A stretch of DNA of 64,000 nucleotides from an uncultured Thalassospiraceae bacterium (GCA_965602455.1 CBFCYL010000006.1:1385-65384), one strand, 5' to 3'. Counted from the first letter of the stretch, positions 32,661 to 42,923 are shown. Made by a program: numbers and translations. The notes: a model not told the origin generated them from the sequence alone.

Positions 32661-33697
32661 TGCGCGTCATGCAAGCCATGGCTGGGGCGGAGTTCGGCGG
32701 TGCTGAGGCATTTTTCGTGCGCCTGGTCTCGGGGCTCGCCAAGGTGGGGCTGGATCAGCGGGTGTTGATCCGCACCAACCCCCGGCGCGTTGAAGCCCTG
32801 CGCAAGGCTGGCATTGACCCCCAACAACTGGCCTTTGGCGGCATGCTGGATTTCAAGACCCCCATCGCCATTCGCTGGGCACTACGTGAATACCGGCCCG
32901 AAGTGGTGATGACGTGGATGAACCGGGCAACGCGGATGATGCCGCGCCGCAAGCTAAAGGACGTTGACTACGTTCATGTTGCGCGCCTCGGCGGCTATTA
33001 CGACCTGAAATACTATCGCCATTGCGACCATTTGATTGGCAACACGCGCGACATAGTCGATTACCTTATAAAGCAAGGCTGGCCAGAGGAACGCGCCCAT
33101 TACCTGCCCAACTTTGTTGCCGCTGATGTGCGCCCGGCCGTGGCGCGGTCTGAATTGCACGTTCCGCAAAACGGTAAGATGGTTTTCGCCATGGGCCGCC
33201 TGCACGAAAACAAGGCGTTTGATGTTTTGATCCGGGCTATGGAGTCACTTTCACAAACTTACCTGTGCATTGCCGGCGAAGGCCCGGAACATGAAAGACT
33301 TGATGAATTGGCAACGCGCAGTGGTGTGCGCCCGCGCGTGCGTTTTCTTGGCTGGCGCGAGGATACAGCGGCGCTGTTGGCGGCGGCTGATGTGTTCGTC
33401 TGCCCGTCGCGCCACGAACCGCTGGGCAATGTGGTTATCGAAGCCTGGGCCCAGTCGCGCCCCGTGGTCGCTACCGCTTCTCAGGGTCCGGGTGAATTGA
33501 TTCAGGATGGCAAAAACGGTGTCCTGGTCCCCATCGATGATCATCAGGCAATGGCGGGGGCTATCAAGGCGGTGCTGGGTGATGAAGTATTCGCCCAATC
33601 GCTCGCCACCAGCGGAAGAAGGGCTTATGAGGCCGCCTATACGGAAGCCGAAGTGGTGCAAAACTATCTCGATTTCTTCAAAATGGTTGCGGGCTGA
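32660..33697 (+). CDS. Glycosyltransferase family 4 (GT-B, group 1)
   Basis: C-terminal E-x7-E region (SRHEPLGNVVIEAWA) typical of GT4. 1-nt stop/start overlaps on both sides. Confidence 0.8.
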   Translation: MRVMQAMAGAEFGGAEAFFVRLVSGLAKVGLDQRVLIRTNPRRVEALRKAGIDPQQLAFGGMLDFKTPIAIRWALREYRPEVVMTWMNRATRMMPRRKLKDVDYVHVARLGGYYDLKYYRHCDHLIGNTRDIVDYLIKQGWPEERAHYLPNFVAADVRPAVARSELHVPQNGKMVFAMGRLHENKAFDVLIRAMESLSQTYLCIAGEGPEHERLDELATRSGVRPRVRFLGWREDTAALLAAADVFVCPSRHEPLGNVVIEAWAQSRPVVATASQGPGELIQDGKNGVLVPIDDHQAMAGAIKAVLGDEVFAQSLATSGRRAYEAAYTEAEVVQNYLDFFKMVAG

Positions 33698-35447
33698 TGT
33701 GCGGCATTTCGGGCATTGTTTCCACGGGTAGCAAGCCGGGTGAAAAATCAATCGCCGCGCTTGAAAAATCGCTGGCGCACCGTGGGCCGGATGGCACCGG
33801 GCGCCACGTTTCCGGAAATTGCGTGCTGGTGCATACCCGCCTTGCCATCATCGACGTCGAAGGTGGCGACCAACCGTTTGTGCAGCAGGTCGACAACAAG
33901 GAAGTCGCATTAATCGCCAACGGCGAGATATATAACAACCCGGAATTGCGCTCCGAACTTAAGGATGCCCCGTTTCAAAGCCGCTCAGATTGCGAACCGC
34001 CGTTGCACCTGTATTTGCAAGACGGCGTTGGTTTTACACGCGCCCTTCGTGGCATGTATGCCATCGCCATCTGGGACGCCCGCCATGACCGACTGGTGCT
34101 TTCGCGCGACCCCTTTGGCATCAAGCCGCTTTATTATATTGAAAACGATGAGGGCTTTGCCTTTGCATCGGAGCCGCGCGCCTTGCTCGACGCTGGTTTG
34201 GCGGAAGCTGAAATCAATGATGACGCCATAGAAGAACTGACCGGCCTGCAGTTTTCCAATGCCCGCGAAACCGCCTTTAAAGGCATTTACCGCGTCGCAC
34301 CCGGCGAAACACTGGTGGTGGAAGGTGGAAAAATTATCGAAAGTTACCACCTGCCTGCGCTGCGCCGAGGTCCATCAGCCGTGGAACCGCGCTCTATGAC
34401 CTCGATAAGGTGCTGAGCGAAAGCGTCAACGTGCACCAGCGTTCCGATGTTCCTTACGGTATGTTTCTTTCCGGTGGTGTCGATTCATCCGCCTTGCTGG
34501 CGTTGATGAACCGCCTGAACGAACAACCGGTTCTAGCGTTCAGCGCCGGTTTTCCTGGAACTGAAGCCGTGGACGAGCGCGAACACGCCCGCAAGCTGGC
34601 GAAACTTTCCGGTGCCGAACACATTGAAGTTGAGTTGACGGCGAGCGATCTGTGGTCGTCGTTGCCGAAAATTGCCCGGCACATGGATGACCCGGTGGCT
34701 GATTATGCCGTGTTGCCGACATGGAAACTGGCCGAGGCAGCGGCGGCAAGAAACATCAAGGTGGTGTTGACGGGCGAGGGCGGCGACGAACTGTTCGCGG
34801 GCTATGGCCGTTACCGAACGGCGACTAGGATGTTGTTTGCCCGCGAAATGTATCGCCGCGGCATTTTTCAGGACCTTGGTGTTTTAAGGAGCGATGATGC
34901 GCCAAGACACTGGCGCGCCGGCATTGCCGAGGCTGCCAATAGCGCCCGCACGGCTGGAAGAACACGCCTGCAGGCGGCGCAGGCGACCGACATCGCCACA
35001 TGGCTGCCCAATGACCTGTTGATCAAGGTGGACCGCATGTTGATGGCTCACGGGGTAGAGGGCCGGGTGCCGTTCATCGACCCTGCGGTGGCGGATTTTG
35101 CCTTCATGTTGCCGGACGGCCACAAGGTGCGCCATGGAAAGGGCAAGTGGCTTTTGCGCAAGTGGCTGCAAACGGCACTGCCCGAGGCGAGGGCGTTTTC
35201 GCGCAAGCGCGGGTTTACGGTGCCGGTAGGTGCCTGGATGGCGGAACGTGGGCGGGCGCTGGGCGAGAAGGTAGCGGCACAAGCCGGCGTTCGGGCGTTG
35301 TGCCTGCCCGGGGCGGTTGAGGACTTGTTCCAAAGCGTTGACCAGAGAGCCCAAAAAGCCCAGTGGACCCTGCTTTTTTATGCCGTTTGGCACCAGATCC
35401 ACATCCTCGACGGCGATGAAGCGAGCGGCGTTTTTGACCTTCTGTGA
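33697..35447 (+). pseudogene. asnB: Asparagine synthase (glutamine-hydrolysing), split into two frames by an apparent frameshift near 34345-34400
   Basis: ORF 33697-34416 carries the Ntn MCGI.. glutaminase domain. ORF 34410-35447 carries the PP-loop SDVPYGMFLSGGVDSS synthetase domain. The second frame stays open upstream (..ALYDLDKVLSES..). This is either a real frameshift or a sequencing error. Confidence 0.6.
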
Positions 35448-35513
35448 GGCGTGATTAGCTGGCTGTAATCTGCCCCCTTTTACTTGACGGCCAAACCTGA
35501 AATGATATGAGCC

Positions 35514-36047
35514 ATGACTGACACTCCAGACAAAAATCCTGACGACAGCCCTGACGGCAGCAAAGACAAGGTTGCTGCTGATAAAAGGAGCACCGAAAGA
35601 CGCCAGGGCACCGAAAGGCGTGATAACGCTCAGAGCGGCTTCGTCATGGCCGAATTCGATAAAAACAAGACTATTTTCGATGAAGGCGATGAAGGCGACG
35701 CTGCTTACTTGATTGTTCGCGGCAAGGTGGAAATCCGCAAAGGGGTTCGCACCAGCCAGCCACAGATTCTGGCAACGCTCAGCAAAGGCGATGTTTTTGG
35801 CGAGATGGCCCTTTTTGATAATGCCGCGCGCATGGCACAAGCCGTTGCGTTAACGAAGGTAGAGACTATCCGCATTTCTCGCGACGAGTTTCACAAGCGC
35901 CTCGATAGCGTTGACCCTGTTATGCGCACCATTGTTCTTTACCTGGTGCACCGTGTTCGCGGCATGGCCGACCAGTTCATGCGAAAAAAGAGCGGCGTTA
36001 ACTGGCATGAATGGCGAACCGACAAGAAACCGGACTTTTACAGTTAA
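35514..36047 (+). CDS. Cyclic-nucleotide-binding domain protein
   Basis: cNMP-binding beta-barrel motifs (IFDEGDEGDAAYLIVRGKVEI, GDVFGEMAL) after a charged, low-complexity N-terminus. No DNA-binding domain is obvious. Confidence 0.7.
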   Translation: MTDTPDKNPDDSPDGSKDKVAADKRSTERRQGTERRDNAQSGFVMAEFDKNKTIFDEGDEGDAAYLIVRGKVEIRKGVRTSQPQILATLSKGDVFGEMALFDNAARMAQAVALTKVETIRISRDEFHKRLDSVDPVMRTIVLYLVHRVRGMADQFMRKKSGVNWHEWRTDKKPDFYS

Positions 36048-36060
36048 GTAAGCGACAACC

Positions 36061-37104
36061 ATGACATCACCGGACACCATAACCATTCGCCGACCCGACG
36101 ACTGGCACCTGCATTTGCGCGATGGTGCCATGCTCGACGCCGTAGTGGAATATACGGCAGGGCGTTTCGGCCGCGCCATCGTCATGCCGAACCTCAGCGA
36201 ACCGGTGGTCACGGCAGCGCAGGCAAAAGCCTATCGCCAGCGCATTGTGAAAGCGGTTGACCCGCAAACCGGGTTTGAACCGTTGATGACGGCGTACCTG
36301 ACCGACAGCACCGACCCGCAAGACCTGGCGCAAGGCTTCACGGACGGCACCTTTGCCGCCGCCAAGCTGTATCCGGCGGGGGCGACGACCAATTCAGACC
36401 GTGGCGTGACCGACGTTGCAAAAATCAGTGCCGTTTTAGAAAAAATGGAAGAAATATCCATGCCGTTGCTGGTTCACGGCGAGGTCACGGACGCCGACAT
36501 TGATGTCTTCGACCGCGAAACGGTGTTCATCGACCGGGTGCTGGAGCCCATGTTAATGGCGCACCCGGCCCTGAAAGTGGTGTTTGAGCACATTACAACA
36601 CAGGGCGCGGTTCAGTTCGTTCGTTCGCAGGGCCCGCGTGTTGGCGCCACCATTACCGTTCATCACCTGATGATTAACCGCAGCGATATGTTTCGTGGCG
36701 GCATTCGCCCGCACCTGTATTGCTTGCCGGTGGCCAAGCGCGAACAGCACCGTCTGGCGCTTGTTGAAGCGGCCACCTCGGGTGAGGGGTGTTTTTTCCT
36801 TGGCACCGACAGCGCACCGCACACGCTTGAGGACAAGGAAAGCGCTTGCGGTTGTGCCGGGGTGTTTTCGGCCCCCGCCGCCATTGAACTTTATGCCCAC
36901 GTGTTTGCGAACGTGAACGCGCTGGATAAACTGGAAGCCTTTGCCAGCCTGAACGGCCCGGCGTTTTACGGCTTGCCCGCCAACGAGGCGACCATTACGC
37001 TTGAAAAGGAAAGCTGGCAGCTCGCCGAAACCGTTTCGGTTGAAGGCGGCAAGGCGGTAAAGCCCTTCATGGGCGGCGAGACGGTGAACTGGAAACTGGC
37101 TTAA
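36061..37104 (+). CDS. pyrC: Dihydroorotase (homodimeric type)
   Basis: RRPDDWHLHLRDG metal-binding motif, 347 aa, E. coli-type PyrC length. Confidence 0.92.
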   Translation: MTSPDTITIRRPDDWHLHLRDGAMLDAVVEYTAGRFGRAIVMPNLSEPVVTAAQAKAYRQRIVKAVDPQTGFEPLMTAYLTDSTDPQDLAQGFTDGTFAAAKLYPAGATTNSDRGVTDVAKISAVLEKMEEISMPLLVHGEVTDADIDVFDRETVFIDRVLEPMLMAHPALKVVFEHITTQGAVQFVRSQGPRVGATITVHHLMINRSDMFRGGIRPHLYCLPVAKREQHRLALVEAATSGEGCFFLGTDSAPHTLEDKESACGCAGVFSAPAAIELYAHVFANVNALDKLEAFASLNGPAFYGLPANEATITLEKESWQLAETVSVEGGKAVKPFMGGETVNWKLA

Positions 37105-37796
37105 GCCGTTTTCCAGGCGATGTGCCGACTGATCCGTTTTTCAATCCTGTTGAAGATGCGGGTGATGACAAAGCTCATGGCCAAATAGATAGCGCCCGCC
37201 ACCATCAAAAACTCAGTCTGCATGTAGGTGCGCGCAATGACCGTTTGTGTCATGCCGGTCAGGTCCAGAAGCGTGATGGTGCTGGCCAGTGCTGAGCCCT
37301 TGAGCATCAATATGATTTCGTTGCCATAGGCGGGAAAGGCGATGCGGATGGCTTGGGGAAGCACCACCAGACGAAAGACCTTTACCGGGTGCAGGCCCAT
37401 ACTTTGCGCCGCTTCTATCTGGCCCTTGGGCACCGCCTGTATGGCACCACGCAGGATTTCCGCCGTGTAGGCCCCGGTGTTCAGGCCGAAGGCGATGATG
37501 GCACACCAATAGGCCTCGCGCAGAACCGGCCATAGAAAGCTTTCGCGCACGGCCTCGAACTGGCTGAAGCCATAATAAATCAGGAAAATCTGAACCAGCA
37601 GGGGCGTGCCGCGAAAAAAGAAGATGTAGCCATAGGCCGGCCACTTGAGTGCCGTGTGTTTGGATAACCGCATCAGTGCTACCGGAATTGCAAGCGCGGC
37701 ACCGACCAATAGCGCCAAGACCACCAGCTCGATCGTGGTTGCGGCACCATCAAGCAAGCGCGGCAGGTATTTCCAGATGGTTGCGAAGTCGATCAT
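37101..37796 (-). CDS. ABC transporter permease, polar amino acid (His/Arg/Lys/octopine) family
   Basis: EAA-loop region (A.S.G...F..V.LPQA) and 5 TM helices. 4-nt overlap with the upstream permease gene. Confidence 0.85.
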   Translation of the reverse strand: MIDFATIWKYLPRLLDGAATTIELVVLALLVGAALAIPVALMRLSKHTALKWPAYGYIFFFRGTPLLVQIFLIYYGFSQFEAVRESFLWPVLREAYWCAIIAFGLNTGAYTAEILRGAIQAVPKGQIEAAQSMGLHPVKVFRLVVLPQAIRIAFPAYGNEIILMLKGSALASTITLLDLTGMTQTVIARTYMQTEFLMVAGAIYLAMSFVITRIFNRIEKRISRHIAWKTA

Positions 37797-38488
37797 GAGG
37801 TCGTTTCCTCAGTACCGCGTCGCGACCGCTTCTCGGCCTTGCCCAGAACGATCATGGAAATAATGGTCAGCAACAGGTAGATCAGCGCCGCCGTGAAATA
37901 GAATGTAAAAGGCTCTTTGGTGAAGCCGACGGCAAACTTGGTGGCCCGCATCAGTTCATTGAGGCCAATGATGGAAATCAGGGACGTATCTTTCAGCAGC
38001 ACCAAAAACAGGTTGCCCAGCCCCGGCAGGGCAATGCGCCAGACCTGCGGTAACGTAACAAAACGAAAAACGTACCAGCGGTGCATGCCCAACGCCCGTG
38101 CCGCTTCGCCCTGGCCATCGGGTATGGCCTGAATGGCGCCGCGAAACACTTCCGTGGCATAGGCCCCGAACGTCAGGCCCAGCGCAATAACGCCAGCAAA
38201 ATATGGACTAAGTTCTACAAACTGCTCATCGCCGAACCACCCGGCAATGGCGCTAAGCGCACTGGAAGAACCAAAATAGACGATCAACACCACCAGCAGT
38301 TCCGGCAGGCCCCGCACAACCGTGGTGTAAAAGCCCGCCACCGAACGCGCCACGGCAGATGATGACAGTTTGGCAATGGCGCCCAACAAGCCCAGCAACA
38401 GGCCCAGCGCCAGCGCACCAAAGGCGACGCGCAGCGTCATCAGGGCGCCCCACATCAGCTGGTCGCCATATCCGTGAAGGTCAATCAT
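37793..38488 (-). CDS. ABC transporter permease, polar amino acid family
   Basis: Paralogous permease with GEAARALGM..F..V.LPQ. Confidence 0.85.
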   Translation of the reverse strand: MIDLHGYGDQLMWGALMTLRVAFGALALGLLLGLLGAIAKLSSSAVARSVAGFYTTVVRGLPELLVVLIVYFGSSSALSAIAGWFGDEQFVELSPYFAGVIALGLTFGAYATEVFRGAIQAIPDGQGEAARALGMHRWYVFRFVTLPQVWRIALPGLGNLFLVLLKDTSLISIIGLNELMRATKFAVGFTKEPFTFYFTAALIYLLLTIISMIVLGKAEKRSRRGTEETTS

Positions 38489-38558
38489 GGGTCATTTGTA
38501 AAAGAAAAAACCCGCGCCGTCATCCAGCGCGGGTTTTCTTTATGTTTCTGGCCGTTTT

Positions 38559-39302
38559 TCAGTAAATATCGACCGTGAAATACTTGTCGTTGATCTTCTT
38601 ATAGGTGCCATCACGGCGGATTTTGGAAATCGCCAGGTTCAGCTTGCGTTGCAAGTCGCTGTCGCCCTTGCGCACGGCAATTGCGATCTGGTCGCCAATA
38701 TCAACCGCACCCCCGGCAATGGCAAAGCCCTTGCCGGCGTCGGACTTCAGCCAGTCGGCGCTGGGCAATGTGTCGGCTAAAATAGCGTCAACACGGCCGG
38801 CGGCGAGGTCAAGCCAGGCGTTTTCCTGTGTGTCATAAAGTTTAACCTTGGCACCGGAAACCTTGTCTTCAAGGTGTTGGGCGCTGATGGTCGCCCGCTG
38901 GGCGCCAACGGTCTTGCCGGAAAGTTTGCTGATATCCAGCCCGCTGCTCTTTTTGGAAACCACGGACAGGGTGTTTGAATAATACCGGTCGGTGAAATCA
39001 ACCGCTTTCTGGCGTTCAGCGGTAATCGACATGGAAGCAACAATGGCATCGTATTTGCGCTGTTGCAGGCCGGTGATGATGGTATCCCAATCGTTGGTAA
39101 CGAACGTGCACTCAACCTTCATTTCGGCGCAAAGCGCCTTGGCGATGTCGATATCAAACCCGACAAGCGTGCCGTTGGAATCAACCTGGTTGAACGGGGG
39201 GTAGGCGCCTTCGGTGCCGATGCGTACTTTTTCGGCAGCCGTGGCGGTTCCGGATAAGGTGATGGCCGCAATGGCAGCATATATCAGTGACTTGAATTTC
39301 AT
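38559..39302 (-). CDS. Periplasmic polar amino-acid-binding protein (family 3 SBP)
   Basis: Signal peptide, GTEGAYPPFN..G.L.GFDIDIAKALC. First gene of the operon. Confidence 0.85.
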   Translation of the reverse strand: MKFKSLIYAAIAAITLSGTATAAEKVRIGTEGAYPPFNQVDSNGTLVGFDIDIAKALCAEMKVECTFVTNDWDTIITGLQQRKYDAIVASMSITAERQKAVDFTDRYYSNTLSVVSKKSSGLDISKLSGKTVGAQRATISAQHLEDKVSGAKVKLYDTQENAWLDLAAGRVDAILADTLPSADWLKSDAGKGFAIAGGAVDIGDQIAIAVRKGDSDLQRKLNLAISKIRRDGTYKKINDKYFTVDIY

Positions 39303-39392
39303 GTTTTAGTTCCTCCCTTAAAGCCGTCTTTGCGGCGATGCCAAAGACCCTACGCCTGATTTTTATCCATCACAAGGGCTTGGTAAAAAACG

Positions 39393-40343
39393 CTATTTTA
39401 ACCGGTTTCGTTGCGTTTCCTGGCCCGCCATTGCACCCTTGCGGGCTTTTACAAACACATAGGGGCTGATTTCAACCAGCACCACGCTGGCGAGAATAAG
39501 CGCGCAACCCACCAGCCCCATGACGCTTAAGCGCTCACCCAGCACGATGGCGCCGGAAAGTGCGGCAAAGATCATTTCGGTGCTCAGGATAATGGCCGCC
39601 GTCGCCGGGTGGCTGTAACGCTGGGCAACGATTTGCAGGGTGTAGGCAACGCCAACCGAAAACACACCGGCATAGATAATCTCAAACCATGCATCGAGCA
39701 GCGCCGCCGGGATGATGGTTTCGCTGGCGATGGCCGCTATGGCAGCGATGATGCCAGCAACCATTGCCTGCGTGAAGGCCAGCATCAGGGCGCGACCATC
39801 GCGCATCACCAAGCGCCCGATCATGATGACGTGCAGGGCCCAAAAAAGTACGCTGGCCAAGACCCATAAATCGCCGGTGGAAAATGCCGTCAGCGTGCCG
39901 CCATTGAGGAAATAGGTGCCGAGAACACAGCCCGCCGCCGCCGGCCACACCGCGGGCCGCGGCCACATGCGAAACAGGGCCAGCGCCAGTATGGGTACCA
40001 TCGGCACATAGAGGATGGTCAGGAAACCGGCATTGGTAACCGTGGTTGAAATGATGCCGATTTGCTGGGTTATAGATGCGACCACCAGGATGAAGCCGAG
40101 CAGAATGCCGCCGCGCACGGCGCGTCTTGGCAGGGGTGTTTCGGCACGCCTCGCCTCGCGAACAACGAAAGGCGCAATGAACAGGGCGCCGAGCAGGAAA
40201 CGGATGGCCGTAAAGGTGATTGGCCCCATGGTGGTGGTGGCGACATCGTTACTGTCGACAAAGGCGACCTTTTGGGCAACGAAGGTCGTTCCCCAGATAA
40301 AGGCGACCAAAATCAAAACCATGTGCGATTGCAGGCGGGTCAT
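39393..40343 (-). CDS. DMT-superfamily transporter (EamA family)
   Basis: Ten predicted TM helices and a duplicated EamA architecture (FIWGTTFVAQK). Internal ATG at 40343. Confidence 0.8.
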   Translation of the reverse strand: MTRLQSHMVLILVAFIWGTTFVAQKVAFVDSNDVATTTMGPITFTAIRFLLGALFIAPFVVREARRAETPLPRRAVRGGILLGFILVVASITQQIGIISTTVTNAGFLTILYVPMVPILALALFRMWPRPAVWPAAAGCVLGTYFLNGGTLTAFSTGDLWVLASVLFWALHVIMIGRLVMRDGRALMLAFTQAMVAGIIAAIAAIASETIIPAALLDAWFEIIYAGVFSVGVAYTLQIVAQRYSHPATAAIILSTEMIFAALSGAIVLGERLSVMGLVGCALILASVVLVEISPYVFVKARKGAMAGQETQRNRLK

Positions 40344-40475
40344 GGTGCAACCCTTAGCACAGAGCAAAGCGGGCGTGCCACCCCGGTTCGTTCCCGGTTT
40401 TGGTTTTCCCGGTTGACCCGGCGTTGCGGGGCGCGGAAGATGCCCATTCCGCGAACCTTGAATACGGAGTTATTC

Positions 40476-41483
40476 ATGCCTAACCCCGATACCTTTAATG
40501 CCCTTGTTCTGGACGAAGCTGATGGCAAGGTTACGTCCGCTTTCAAAACCCTTTCCAATGACGACCTACCCGAAGGTGACGTTACGGTGGGTGTTCAGTA
40601 TTCATCGCTCAATTACAAAGATGGCATGGCCATCAAGGGCCTCGGCCGGTTGGTGCGCAAATACCCGCATGTGCCGGGGGTGGATTTCGTAGGTCAGGTG
40701 GAAACCTCAAGCAACGCCAATTACAAACCCGGTGATAGCGTTATCTGCACCGGCTGGCGTGTCGGCGAAGCGCACTGGGGTGGTATGGCTGAGCGCGCGC
40801 GCATCAAGGGTGACTGGCTGGTGAAATTACCGGACGGGCTAGACGCCAAACAGGCCATGGCCATCGGCACCGCCGGGCTGACCGCGGCGCTGGCGCTGAT
40901 GGCACTGCAGGACCACGGACTCACGCCTGACAATGAAGGCGAGGTGCTGGTCACCGGCGCCGCCGGTGGTGTTGGCTCGGTGGCGGTGGCGTTGTTATCC
41001 AACCTTGGTTACCGGGTGGCCGCCGGAACGGGGCGCGCGGGAACCCACGATTACTTAAAAGACCTTGGTGCTACTTCTATTGTTTCGCGCGAGGAACTGG
41101 AAACACCAAGCCGCGGCCCGCTGGGTTCCGAACGTTGGGCCGGGCTTATTGATAATGTCGGCGGGCCGATCCTCGCCAACGCGTTGGCCGCTATGGCGTA
41201 TGGCACCAGTTGTGCTTCTGTCGGGTTGGCCGCGACGCCGCAGCTGGAAACCACGGTGCTGCCGTTCCTGTTGCGCGGCGTCAACCTGCTGGGTATTGAT
41301 TCGGTGGCCTGTCCCAAGCCGCGTCGCGAAGCCGCATGGGCCTTGCTGGGCAAAAACCTGCCGCTGGCAAAACTGGATGCCCTGACCACGGTGCGGCCCC
41401 TGAAAGACCTGCCGGAACTGGCCGAGCAGATCCTCAAGGGCCAGGTACGCGGGCGCACGGTTATTGACGTTCAGGCGGGCTAA
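40476..41483 (+). CDS. MDR-family NADPH:quinone/acrylyl-CoA reductase (YhdH/AcuI-like)
   Basis: VQYSSLNYKDG.A, GAAGGVGS Rossmann motif. Only the last 335 codons of the 473-aa ORF look real. Confidence 0.8.
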   Translation: MPNPDTFNALVLDEADGKVTSAFKTLSNDDLPEGDVTVGVQYSSLNYKDGMAIKGLGRLVRKYPHVPGVDFVGQVETSSNANYKPGDSVICTGWRVGEAHWGGMAERARIKGDWLVKLPDGLDAKQAMAIGTAGLTAALALMALQDHGLTPDNEGEVLVTGAAGGVGSVAVALLSNLGYRVAAGTGRAGTHDYLKDLGATSIVSREELETPSRGPLGSERWAGLIDNVGGPILANALAAMAYGTSCASVGLAATPQLETTVLPFLLRGVNLLGIDSVACPKPRREAAWALLGKNLPLAKLDALTTVRPLKDLPELAEQILKGQVRGRTVIDVQAG

Positions 41484-41510
41484 TCACCCCGTCAGGGCCT
41501 GACGCCACCC

Positions 41511-41539
41511 TTGACGATAAGGCCGGAAAGCCCTAATAC
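41511..41539 (+). promoter_or_regulatory. Sigma70-type promoter for tRNA-Met
   Basis: TTGACG, a 17-nt spacer, then TAATAC, about 40 nt upstream of the tRNA. Confidence 0.55.
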
Positions 41540-41580
41540 GGGCGCCTCAAGCCTCCTTTTCAACCCTGCGGAGGCCTTGT

Positions 41581-41657
41581 GGCTGGGTAGCTCAGCTGGT
41601 TAGAGCGCGGCACTCATAATGCCGAGGTCGGCAGTTCAAGTCTGCCTCCAGCTACCA
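41581..41657 (+). tRNA. tRNA with CAT anticodon (elongator Met, or Ile2 if lysidine-modified)
   Basis: 77-nt cloverleaf folded by hand: GGCTGGG/TCCAGCT acceptor stem, GCTC/GAGC D-stem, anticodon loop CTCATAA, GGCAG/CTGCC T-stem, encoded CCA. Confidence 0.9.
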
Positions 41658-41664
41658 CATGTAA

Positions 41665-41700
41665 AGCCCCGCAACTTATTGAAGTTGCGGGGCTTTTTCT
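41665..41700 (+). terminator. Terminator of tRNA-Met
   Basis: 13-bp stem AGCCCCGCAACTT-ATTG-AAGTTGCGGGGCT followed by TTTTT. Confidence 0.8.
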
Positions 41701-41772
41701 ATCTTACGCATAGCATAATTAGTCAATATGCCTAAATAAATTTGTGCATTATCAAATAGATAATAAATGACT

Positions 41773-41801
41773 GGTAGCTGGTTTGATTATCCAGCTACCA
41801 A
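41773..41801. repeat. Inverted repeat built from the tRNA-Met 3' end (TGGTAGCTGG-9 nt-CCAGCTACCA)
   Basis: Perfect 10-bp arms. The right arm is identical to tRNA positions 41648-41657. Confidence 0.85.
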
Positions 41802-41855
41802 TATCAGCCCCCTTCTTTTATGGAATGGCAGCACCCAGAAGAGCAAGGATGCAAG

Positions 41856-42857
41856 ATGCATATATTTATTGATGAATCCGGAATATTCACCTGCAATCCT
41901 GAACGGGATCACAGCATATCGGCTGTTGGCGCCCTAACCATTCCAACCCAATCAATGAAGGGTTTTGAAAAGCTTTATGGCCGACTTCGAAGGCAACTTC
42001 CAAAAGAAAAAGGTGAAGTAAAGGGCAGGTTATTGTCTGAAAACCAGGTTTGCGATGTGGTTGATGTGCTGAACAGAGTCAATTCGACTTTTGAGGCTGT
42101 CGCTATTGATATGGGATTGCACGCAGAGGAAAGCCTTCAGCTTTATAGGGAGGTGCAGGCAGAAAAAATAACTGCCAATTTAACTGATGAACACCACCCA
42201 AGCATGGTGGAAACAGTTTGGGCGCTTCGGAGGCAATTAGAGGCGATGCCGTTGCAGCTTTTTGTGCAATCTGTGAGCATGGGCGAACTGGTATACAACA
42301 CCTTAATGAATGCAGAGCTGTATTATGCTTTTCGAAAACCGCAAGAATTGGGGGAATATCACTGGATAATTGACGCTAAAGATTTATCGAAAGTCACTCC
42401 TTGGGAGGAATGGTGGTCCACGGTTATCCTGCCTACTCTAGAATCTCACTCATTACGTGAACCATTTATAAATGTGGAGGGGGGTGATTATCGCTGGCAA
42501 GAACGATACAGGACTGAGCCGGACGAATACAAAAAACAGTTTGCTAAAGACCCCGAGAAAGGTGATTGGTTTGATTTGAAAAAACTAATGAAAGAAGATT
42601 TTCGCTTTTCATCCGATCCAGAATTTGGCCTAGAAGCCGTTGATATACTGACGACAACGATCAGGCGTTCCATGTCTGGAAATTTTAGTCGAAAAGGATG
42701 GATATCAATACCAAGATTGATGATCCATAAAAATAGTCATTATATCAGGCTAATTTCTCTGACAGACGAAGAGCTTATCCCAAAAAAATTACCTTACCGA
42801 GATATGATGAACGACTTTCGAACGGGTGGCCGGATTGTGCTTCCAAAAGGGGACTAA
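41856..42857 (+). CDS. DUF3800-family protein
   Basis: Starts MHIFIDESGIF (the FIDESG acidic motif is the DUF3800 signature as I recall it). 333 aa. AT-rich gene. AAGGAT lies upstream of the ATG at 41856. Confidence 0.65.
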   Translation: MHIFIDESGIFTCNPERDHSISAVGALTIPTQSMKGFEKLYGRLRRQLPKEKGEVKGRLLSENQVCDVVDVLNRVNSTFEAVAIDMGLHAEESLQLYREVQAEKITANLTDEHHPSMVETVWALRRQLEAMPLQLFVQSVSMGELVYNTLMNAELYYAFRKPQELGEYHWIIDAKDLSKVTPWEEWWSTVILPTLESHSLREPFINVEGGDYRWQERYRTEPDEYKKQFAKDPEKGDWFDLKKLMKEDFRFSSDPEFGLEAVDILTTTIRRSMSGNFSRKGWISIPRLMIHKNSHYIRLISLTDEELIPKKLPYRDMMNDFRTGGRIVLPKGD

Positions 42858-42923
42858 CTATAACATATTGAAATTAAAAGCAAATTGAGAACTTTTCGTA
42901 ACTCTCATAGTGAACAGAATTCT

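Noticed and set aside
36103-36118. TGGCACCTGCATTTGC inside pyrC.
   Set aside because: The GG to GC spacing is 11 nt instead of 10, and it lies within the conserved DDWHLHLRDG coding segment. This is a coincidental match.
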